From NCBI GenBank assembly GCA_965153455.1, contig OZ234493.1, positions 36,694,213 through 36,758,212 of the forward strand: 64,000 nt of DNA, written 5' to 3'. The first letter of the stretch is position 1, and each line of letters opens with the position of its first letter. The position numbers were made by a program, and so were the translations under genes. Source of the stretch: Sphagnum compactum (taxonomy: Eukaryota). The notes below the pieces were generated by a model. It was given only the letters and a program-made list of their open reading frames with translations. It ran no database searches and was not told the origin of the DNA. Below are positions 53,950 to 64,000 of this stretch, in pieces.

Positions 53950-56301
53950 TTAAATGTGTTGAAGTGCATGTGCCAACATGGTTGCATTTGAAAAGGGCAT
54001 GTGTGTTCATCGACATGTCATTCAAAATGGTTTGGAATTACATGCCCTTGTGGGGAGTAGATTGGTGGACATGTATGCAAAATGTAGGAACCTTGAAGAT
54101 GTTTGGAAATGTCAACAAGATGCCATCTCAAGATGTGGTGACATGGAGCACCATGATATTGCGACTTGTGAAATGTGGGCAAAGGTAGAAAACACTACAA
54201 TTATTTCGACAAATGCAACAAGAAGGTAAAAACATAGTAAAGGAGCCACCCAAGCAAGTGGACACTCTTTAATACAATTTTATATGTTTGAAGGATCACA
54301 AATGAAGCATAATAGTTTGGATTGTCATAAATTTTTTTGGAATATTTTTCATTAATTGTAAATTTTACATGCTAAAAGTTTGACACAAATCAAAAATGTT
54401 TTGCATATCCAAAACATTCAAACCTTGAGAGTGGATAATTTTTATTTTTTTTCAAACAACCTTTTTTTTACCAAATGTGAACCATCCTCTCTAGAAATTG
54501 GAAAGGATTTTAACATTGATAATTAGAAAGGCAAAAGGATTTGAACTAATGAAAATTGCTTTCATAACCGATTTGAGCACATTTGGCTCAAAAGTGCTTT
54601 TGACCCTGAAAATTATGAATTTTGAAAATGTGTTTTTAACAAAAGTTGTTCATGTTTATATGATAGAGGGCATGAATGCATAATATAGATGATATAAAAT
54701 TAATTTTTAATCAATATATATTTATATCTAAAATGTAGTGTTAAAGGGGGTACCCAAAATACAAATTATAAAATTATAAACCAAAACATAAAGAACACAT
54801 GTCATGTGCAGTCCTTGGAAAAAGACTTTTACCTTGGCGCCCTTGGCTCCTTCACCCAAGAAGGTATGTGGCTAAATTCTAATTTGTTTTGGAGTGTTGA
54901 ATGCATGTGCTAATGTGGTTACGCTTGAAAAAAGCACCCCATTCATCACCAAATCATTCAAAGTGATTTGGGATCATATGTCTTTGTGGGGAATAGTTTG
55001 ATGGACATGTATGCAAAATGTGGGAGCATGGAGGATGCTTGTGTGTGTTCAACAAGATGCCATCTCGAGATGCGGTCAATTGGATTGCCATGATAGTGGG
55101 AATTGTGAAATGGGGTCAAGGGTAAAAAATCATTGCAAACTTTTTCGACAAATTCTAGAAGGAGTGTGGTGAAATATCATTATTTTTGTGAAGGTGTTGA
55201 TTGCATGTGCCAATATTGTTGCCCTTGAAAAGGGCAAGTGTGCTCATGTGCAAATTGTTGAAAGTGGATGGGATCCATATGCCTTTGTGGGGAGTAGTTT
55301 GGTGGACATGTATGCAAAATGTGGGAGAACGGAGGATGCCCATGCTCCCACATGGTGTTCAACAAGATGCCATCTTGAAGTGTGGTCACTTGGATGCCAT
55401 ACTTGGAAGATGTGCCATGCATGGGCATGGTAAGAAAGATTTTAGACATTTTGGACAGATGTGTGAAGAAGGTGTATAACAAGATGATACCACTTTGTTT
55501 TGTCGTCTCTCAGCTTGTAGCCATTCAGGTTTGGTGGATGAAGGGATGCACAATTGTGTTTCCATGAGCACAATTTACATGATTTTTGCAAAATTGGAAC
55601 ATGAGACCTACATCGTTGACCTTTCTTGGCCATGGTGGCCATTAACATGAGGTAGAACTTTTTATCATGACAATGCTTTGTAAAGTCTTTGCATGGAAGA
55701 CTTTGCTCCATGTCTGCAAAATTCATGGTAAGTGGAGATAGGAGAATGTGTTGCAAAACGGGTTCTAGAACTGGAGCCCAGAAATTCTACAAATTATGTG
55801 ATGTTATCAAGCATTTATGCTGCTATTGGCAATAGGCACCTCTATGAAAATGTTGAATAGCAAAAGAAGGCAAAAGGTATGAAAAAACAGTTGGGTCACA
55901 CCTGAATCGAAGTGAATAATGAAGTGCATACATTTGTAGTACACGATCAAGACCACCCCCAAATGATTAAAATTCATGCAAAATTGTAGAGATTGTCAAG
56001 GCTCATTCATGATGTGGGGTTTGTGCCTTCAACAAAATTTGTTTTGAATGATGTGAAAGAAGAAGAAAAGGTGTTTTTCTTTTTTGTGTCACCATAGTGA
56101 GCTACTGGTTATTGCATTTGGGCTCATCAACACATCTTCTGTACTCCTCTCCAAATAAGAAAGAATCTGCAAGTTTGTGAAGATTGTCACACTTCCACAA
56201 AGTTACTTTCAAAAGTAGTTGGGAAAGCAATCATGATGAGGGATGTGAATCAAATCCATAGCATTGCAGATGGTGTTTGTTCTTGCATGGACTATTAGTG
56301 A
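53950..56301 (+). pseudogene. PLS-class DYW-type PPR pseudogene
   Basis: Three GS.LVDMYAKC PPR motifs, ACSHSGLVDEG, E/E+ (LELEP.NSTNYVMLSSIYAA; T*IEVNNEVHTF) and DYW (HSE; RKNLQVCEDCH; DGVCSCMDY*). Many stops and frameshifts. Confidence 0.92.
54229..54856. mobile_element. Mutator-like insertion interrupting the PPR pseudogene
   Basis: 10-bp direct repeat CAAGAAGGTA (54219-54228, 54857-54866). Imperfect inverted ends agtaaaggagcc / ggctccttcacc. Removing it restores QQEGM. Confidence 0.8.
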
Positions 56302-56875
56302 TGCCAGTAGTCTCTCTTGTCAACCACTATCTCAACCTCGTTTTCTTTACGGTACAACATCTAGTGGTATTGTAACATGGTCAAAGTGCAACACTGTTAT
56401 AAGTTGTGGTACCACTGGAAAGGTGGCCATCATGGAGCCTCCCATTAGTTTTGGTTTCATGCTCTGCCATTTGTAGGACTTAGGTCTGGTGCCTCTTTGG
56501 TCTTATGTATGTACAGGAGTTGTTTTGGAAATGCAAGGGCGGTTGAGACTAATAAGATTGATGCCCAGTTTTAACACTTTTTCTTTTGCAGCTAGAACCA
56601 CTGTTTCTTCAAGGATCTGGGAAGTGGCCTTGGTGGCTACTGTGCACCTCAGCTGGCAGATCAAGTGGGTAAAAAGTTAGAACAGCCTTTGGATGATCCA
56701 ACACCTACACTGGTAGGCTGGTCCAATGATAAAAACAACAATTTTTTTCTGGTTGCTCTACAGGTTATGCATATACAGGGCTGATCTGAAATCAGGGTCT
56801 CTGAGTTAAAATTTAACATTTTCCGGGTTAAATATAGCCACTAAGAGGCTCCCCTCAGGGAGATGAAGGCACCAT

Positions 56876-57619
56876 CAGTGTTTCCAAATGAATTTTGTTT
56901 TGTAGCTTAAGTGGAATCATCTATCTATGAAGGAAAGTAGTCTGTTTTGTTTTGTTTTGTATTATTTTGTAGTGATGAGATCCACCAAACCGGGATGCTT
57001 CAGATCATGTTCTTGCTGTCTTTGGAGAGCTCTTCACAAGAAGGGGGGCTTGGTTCCATGACGTTTGGACTTGTGGTGCAAAAGTTCTTGAATATTGAAT
57101 GATTTTTTCACTGAAAATTAGATTAAATCGTAGCTGAAATTTTAGGAGGAATTAGAAAGTGCCTTTGGTGTTGTTGGAAAGATCTTGATGAGCAGGGTTT
57201 CATGGAATTTATTTGGTAAGATTTGGATTCAGAATGTGGGAGATATTGATTTTTAAGTGATTTCTGCCGTTAAAAATTCAAATAAATTCCAAAAAACCAA
57301 GTTTTGGAAGGAAAAATCAGTTGAGGACGTGGTAACACTTGGGCCAACGGCACAGGCCACACTAGTTTATATAAAGATGAGGGAAAAATGGCGATCATCA
57401 CAAGAAAGATTCAGCTAGATCTGGCTATATGAAGTACAAATGTTTCATCAACCTTCTATGTTTATGGCTACATACTGAAAACCGTTTTCTCTGTCTAGCG
57501 ATATTTCCTCTTTTTTTCTCACTTCTGGCTACTAAACCTCTCCTAAATCACTTCACTTTTGAATTTTTGAATCTTTTATTTCGCTGTTGGCTGAAATTTT
57601 GCCAATAAAAGAAAGTATG
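56876..57619. mobile_element. hAT-type MITE, itself carrying a Helitron-like insert (~56941-57365)
   Basis: 8-bp TSD GGCACCAT (56868-56875, 57620-57627); starts CAGTGTTT. The inner segment starts TC and ends CTAG|T just after a ggcc..ggcc hairpin. Confidence 0.65.
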
Positions 57620-58785
57620 GGCACCATCTAAGGTGATGGTTCACCCTAGCCTACAAAAGCACATTCCAGGACACATGTACAGGTGGCTGGCTCCACGCAC
57701 AAAGCAGTGTTACAATATATGGGCCTCCCACAAGGCAGCTTGGCGATGCCATGACACCTGTACATGGCTATACACACAAAATAATTTTACAATATATGGC
57801 CCTCCCATGAGGCAGCCTCTTCTCTAGACACGGGGCTTTGGCAAAGCAAAAAAGTCAAGTTTGGTGTTTAATGGCCACCATACCCAGAAGATGCAAGATT
57901 TTGCCAATCAAACATGCACCAACCAGAACCCAACTTTTGTTTTCGCATGATGCCAGGCAATGAATTAGCTGGTATCTGAGAAGTGTTATGAGGTTTTAAC
58001 TCGTCAAATTTGAGGATGTCCAAAAACTACCTAATGTTCAATTTGTAACAATATATGCTTTAACAACGCAAGGTGCAAAGTTTGACTTTATGGAATCTTT
58101 GAATTCCAAGGAGGAGCGTCAAACAAATTTACAATCCTTGATCACTTTATCAATTTATGAACATAATGTGAAAAAATTATAAGGTCCATGTATTCTTAGG
58201 AGGTAAATCTAAGTAATATTTCATGTAAACTAGGAAAAAGATATATGCATGCAATTCAGAATGTATTCATATAATCAAAGGATGAAAAAAGTGGAAGAAT
58301 TGACTTTCAACAATATGTTGATCATATCAAATAAATGACAAGCTAGATTATTAGTTTCGTTGTGAAATGTCCAAATTGGCTTCCACAAATTTCATTTAAT
58401 TTTTGTTGTTAGTGTGAGAATTCTAATTTAACTAATGAAATACACTAAATAAAATACTAAAACTTGGGCACAATTTGTAAAATATTAAAAAGTAACTAAA
58501 AGGCATTAGTACACAGGATTTCAAACCTCGAAATGCATGCAACACATTTATTTAGCCAGACAAATACATTCCCAGTATCAATTTCTTTACCAAAATGTAG
58601 TATTTATCAATGTTGGCAGGCTCAAGGTCCTAGGTTAATTCTTTGCACGATTCTTAAGTAGGAAGACTTACAGAAAATTATAGAAATTGTTTTCACAATT
58701 ACACTAGATGTTCTATCAAACAAAGGGAGAGTTCAAAGCTGAAGGTGCTCGTGGAAATCAAAAACTGAAAAACATAAGCACAGAC

Positions 58786-59562
58786 CAGTGTTGTGCGTGT
58801 AAATGTCAATAGCCTTATATATGGTGTGTAAGTCCAGTGTAAATGTAAATCATTTACACTTACATGTCCAAGAATTTTACATTTACACTTATCCTGTTGC
58901 AGTGTATATAAATTTTTTTACACTTACACAAGGCCAGTGTACATATTTGTCAAATACACTTACATGATCTTGTGTAAATGTTTTGAGGCATGTAAGCGTA
59001 AGTGTAAATATTAAAATTATTTGCAAAGTCACCCTGTCTTTGGGCCTCCTTTCTCCCCAAACCCTTCTTGCAGTATCCATAAATTAAGGAAATTTTATTA
59101 AATCTAGGAATGAAATGCTGAAAATCAGCATTTAATGCACAATGTTCAACACTAATTATAGTAGCTTTTTACAAGTAGGAGCAGTGTATATATATGCAGC
59201 AACAGTGGAGGTGCTAAAAAACAAAGGAAAGACAGGGTGAAACTCAGTTCATCACAGAATCTGAGGTCCCCCCACCCTTGAATGTTAATGTTTTTTATTT
59301 TTTTGAATCTCACCCTATTTATGATCAAACTCAGTGTTCTAGTGTTGTTTTCCTTACTTTATAGATAATTTTATTATATATCTTTAATGACCAGACCTTC
59401 TTGCAAAGTCATATTAATTAGTTGTGGGTTTTTATATTTTGGTGGTTTTTTTTGGCAATGGGCCATTTAGCTAGCTTATCTTTAAAAAAATTATGAAATC
59501 TCCCCTCCTCAAGTTACATTTACATTGTTATATATTTACATTGTTTTACATAGCCATGTAAG

Positions 59563-59619
<57 letters not shown>

Positions 59620-59719
59620 CATTTACATTGTTTTATTGGACCGTGTAAAACTATATAAATTTTTTTTCTTTACACTTACACGAAGTGTAAGTCCCAAACC
59701 ATTTACACGCACAACACTA
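58786..59719. mobile_element. hAT-type MITE
   Basis: 20-bp TIR CAGTGTTGTGCGTGTAAATG / CATTTACACGCACAACACTA. 8-bp TSD GCACAGAC / GCAAAGAC (7/8). Many GTGTA/TACAC subterminal motifs. Confidence 0.88.
59566..59617. repeat. (TA)n microsatellite
   Basis: Direct reading of the sequence. Confidence 0.95.
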
Positions 59720-62700
59720 GCAAAGACCTCATTAATGGAAATGATCCACAAGCATTGGCAAAGTGTATGTGCTCCACTTCAACCCAACAAGCATCAAACT
59801 AGAAGCCTAATAATGGCAATGTTCATAGCCAAGCCATTGTAAGTGATCATCGGTTCATGCCTCAATAGGTATCATAGGTTTTTTATTATTAGGATCTAGT
59901 GTTCATGAATTGAGTGTTAGCCACTTTGAAGAATAACTAATGATAGGAGCATTGCTCATAAACTTTAGATTTTTGTAACAAAAGTTTGCAATGAAGTCTT
60001 GCAAGTTGACCTTTAACTGTTCTTTATTGCATATGGTTTCATTGGTTCATAGTGATGTGGTAAAGGTTGGTGTAGTGCAATGCAATTTCCAATTAAAAAT
60101 TTGGAGAGAAGGAAAAAGTGGTAGATATGGTGATATGTTAATCATATTTTCCCATCCCCATTTTCATTTTTGCAATGTGAAAATGGGAATGGGAAAACAA
60201 TGTGGGATTCATGTGTGTAAGAAAGGGTTGACATGCCTTTCAAAGCAAGGCAACGTTGAGGACTCCTTGGCAAGGAAGGGCACACCGAGGCCATCTGGAG
60301 GTTGAACCTAAGGTGAGGCCAAGGAGGTCTCACCCTGATGCCATTAATGTTAGCCAAAAGCATACCTAAATAATTCAAGCCCATATTAAAAGGGGCCTAA
60401 GGCATTATGAAATCTTCATTGAATTGGCCAAGGTAAGGGCCAATGCAAAGGCATGGATGGAAAAGTGCCTTGTTAAATTAATGTTGGCCCAAGAAAGGCC
60501 TAGAGCATTGAGTTGGTGCCAAAGGTTTCGCAAAAAAGGTTAAGAGTTTGTTGCCTTTAAAGCACCAAATTAATATGCATGGCTTAAATGTCTAACGACA
60601 TCGCATGGCAAACAAATGTTGGTGTTAAGGTATGCCAAGGTCTTGGGGGTTTGCATAAAGAACAAGACCTTTGACTTTCTTCAAGAAGTTAATGTGATTT
60701 AGCTATGTGACAAGATCAAGGGGATTTCAGGCAATTAAGGACCATGGATATGTGTGGAAGTCTACATCAATTTAATTTTATATTGTTAAGATTATTACAT
60801 CACAAACTTATCATCTCACTCCTTAGTAACGAAAATTGTGCAAAATTTGTTCATTCATAATTCGTACATTTTATGCATTGAAAACACATTTGACACACAT
60901 ATTTATAAGAACATGCAAAACTTGTGTGACATTTATTCATTCATAGGTTCGTATTTCATTTATCAACACATTTGTTTGTGTGTCAAACATGTTTTCAACA
61001 TATGATGTTCATATGTAAAATGTATAAACCTATGAATGAACAAACTTCACACGATTTTCATTATTAATTTGTCAAATGTTAAATTTAAAGTCTCATATTC
61101 TAGCTTGTGTTGGCTAAAGAATGTGTTAAATTAATGATTATACGTTGTGGGATGTGTAGGCTAAGTAGTTTAAAGAGCGTTGTGCTTTGAGTATCAAATA
61201 AATGGGGTAGGAGCTTGGAAAAAAAAGGCATGTAAATTAATATCAAAGCTAATCTTTTAGAAAGGTGGTGAAAGGTGTGGATAGGAAGCATCAAACAAGC
61301 CATGTCTAGATGAAATCACATTATGGGGGGGCCAAGATTGTTGTCACATTTTATTGTTTTTTAAAGTACCCATGTGTGAATTTTAATCATGTCATTATTA
61401 AGAAGAATTTTTATAATGTTTTTGCATATTATGGTAGGTCATAACACAAAGAAGTCAATTGCCCAAAAAACAAGATTTTTTATTCCATATGATGTGATGT
61501 TATAATATATTCATCACAAACTTCATGGACCACGATTTGGCAATAATAGTCATCCGAAATCTATTTTTCATATGTTTGTATGGAATAAACATACATGTCA
61601 TTCATTTGATTTATATTGTTTGAACATTAATGTTGTGTGCATTGTTTAGACATGAATGTTATATGCACATTCGCATTGTTTAAACAAAGATGTTGTATGA
61701 ATTATTTGTGTTGTTTACACACGAAAGTCGTGCACATGACTTTTGTGTTCAAATAATGCATGACATTTGTGTTTAAACGATATGGACCTATGAAATAACA
61801 TATTTGCATGGATTTGGAGTGAACCCATGAAACCTGTAAATTTGTGATGTTGGCACAAAAAAATAAAATGCCACAACATACAAAAAATGCAAATATATTC
61901 AAAAAATGATTGAAATGATTTTCATCTTTATGAAATTTATAATGTCTATCAAACAATGTTGTGCTTCAATAGGATTGGAATAGGATTATGAACATGTGAA
62001 CAATTTGATAACTATCATATCATAAATGAATTGTTTTTAGGGTGATGACCATAATTATGTGGTAAATTAAAATTTTGGCAAAGAATCATTTTCAAATGGA
62101 ATATGCTAAAAAATGTGAGGTGGTTTTCTATTTCAAACATTTTTTGGTTGATTAATTCAAACCAAAAACTAATGCATGACCTAAAATAAGAAATGGGTTA
62201 TATTATATTATATACACCATAAATATATTGATTATGAATTTAATTCTTTCAATTTATTTCACTTTTTCAAATAATATTAGATGGCATTAACTTTGTGAAA
62301 ATTGAAATATAAAGCCCAAACACCAAAATTGAAACCCAAAATTCATTATGAAAAAATAGGTTTCTACAACTAAGCTTCCAATTGGGTTTTAGTTGCAATA
62401 AACCCTAAACCCTAAACCATGTGCTCACCCAAAAAGGGTAGATGAAAGTTCATTTTTATGGTCCAAATCTAGTGATTTTTCAAGAAAAAACATTTAAATG
62501 ATGTTGAAGTTCACACATTTTTCCATTTCCAAGTTCATACCACCATAATTTAAATTTTTTTTTAAACCTCTAAAAATATGGGCCTTGAAAAAATCAATTT
62601 AGATATTGAAATGGACTTTACAAATTTGATATTTTAAATTTTAAATCTTAAAATTTTTGAGAGACTTTTTCTTGCTTGATTTTTTCATCTTAAATGTTAT

Positions 62701-62983
62701 GGTATTTCAATGTGTGGTGGTAAACAATTATAAATTTAGTTTCCAACTCCATTAGAAAAAAATAATCCATAATGATAAAAACTTTTGAGATAGTTTGGAC
62801 TGTGACATTAGATGTACCATCCTTTGTAAAGTCCACCTTGATTTGAACATTTATCCTTTTGGTAAAAAAAAAATTGGGTTTGAAAGATTAGAATGTGGTT
62901 TCAAATTTTCATCTCACTTTTGCCAAATTTCTCAAATAGTTTTGAATACAATGCAACAATACTTGACTCAAAAAAAATTCTCA

Positions 62984-64000
62984 CACTACTATCAAAGTGA
63001 GGTGTAATTTATTAGCTTAAATCACTATGGGACCTTAAAAGTGAAATAACTTCATTGCATTTTACTAATTTCACCTAGTGCAAGTTATTTCATTATAATA
63101 TCACTATGTAAACATCATGTTTCATTTCTAGTTAACATAATTCACTATTACAATTTACTATAGCAAATAGGTTTATTTCTATGTTTTTTAAAATATTCTA
63201 TCTATGTTACTTTATGATATACCCTATATTATTTTAAGCTACTTTAGTTATTTAAACGTATATTTTATGTTATTATAGGCTATTATAAATTATTTTACCC
63301 TAAATTATTATATGTTATTTTACTTTAAACTATCTTAACTAATTTATTATAAGCTTTTAAATTATTTAAAATTAAATTATTCAACTAATTTTAGGCTATA
63401 CCTTAGGTTATTTATTTTAAATTAATGTATGTTATTTCAAGTTATACTTTAAATTTTTCAAAGTCATTCTACTTAATGTTATTATAAATGATTCTATCCT
63501 AAGCATAATAATTTTAAAATAATCTAAAACAAAATATAATAACCTAAAGTAAAAATAACTTAAAATAGAAAATAATAACCTATGAAAAATAATTTTAAAT
63601 ACCCTACAATATAATAACTACCGATAGCCTATGATATTATAACATAGAATATCAAACAATAATTTATAAAACAATAATCACCAATAGTTGTAATATAACA
63701 TATAATAACCAACAATAACTTACAATACAATAACCATTAATAATCATAATAAAATAGCTGTCAATAACCACCAATAAAATAACCACCAATAACCATTAAT
63801 AAAATAGCCACCAATAGCCATTAATAGATTAATCACGAATAACCATTAATAAAATAATCACAATAACCATTAATACATTAATCACGAATAACTGTTACTA
63901 GAATAGCCACCAATAGCCATTAATAGATTAATCACGAATAATCATTAATAAAATAATCACAATAACCATTAATACATTAATCACGAATAATTGTTACTAG
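62984..64000 (+). mobile_element. Second copy of the non-autonomous CACTA element (left part; runs off the window end)
   Basis: CACTACTATCAAAGTGAGGTGTAATTTA.. is near-identical to 7304 onward and leads into the same 25-bp array from ~63730. Confidence 0.92.

Noticed and set aside
55900-56301. Functional DYW deaminase rescued by RNA editing of stop codons
   Set aside because: Frameshifts and TGG->TAG/TGA changes cannot be repaired by U-to-C editing, and this is a nuclear locus.
60300-60800. Possible second Harbinger transposase fragment (FGALK-like word on the minus strand)
   Set aside because: Too little motif support to call.
62400-62418. (CCCTAAA)n telomere-like motifs (also ~1610, ~1695, ~27467)
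   Set aside because: Only 2-3 units each and scattered in repeats; not evidence of a telomere or chromosome fusion.

Overview
AT-rich eukaryotic (plant) genomic DNA. A bryophyte/moss-like source is my inference from gene and repeat style and is not proven. One intact gene is visible: an 8-exon GH32 acid invertase-family gene on the minus strand (CDS 24485->20839, 637 aa). It has the 9-nt DPN micro-exon and a vacuolar-type WECVD motif, but Val replaces the Asp that normally defines sucrose preference. The rest is mostly transposon debris, and many insertions can be resolved exactly from their target-site duplications (TSDs). These include a LINE ORF1/endonuclease relic, hAT transposase relics, a solo LTR (5-bp TSD), two copies of a non-autonomous CACTA element with a 25-bp patterned array, Ty3/Gypsy protease/RT and integrase relics, and a two-gene PIF/Harbinger relic. 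Several hAT-type (8-bp TSD) and Mutator-type (9-10-bp TSD) MITEs and a MITE-interrupted DYW-PPR pseudogene are also present. No prokaryotic-type system (CRISPR etc.) is supported. The best novelty candidate is the atypical GH32 enzyme.
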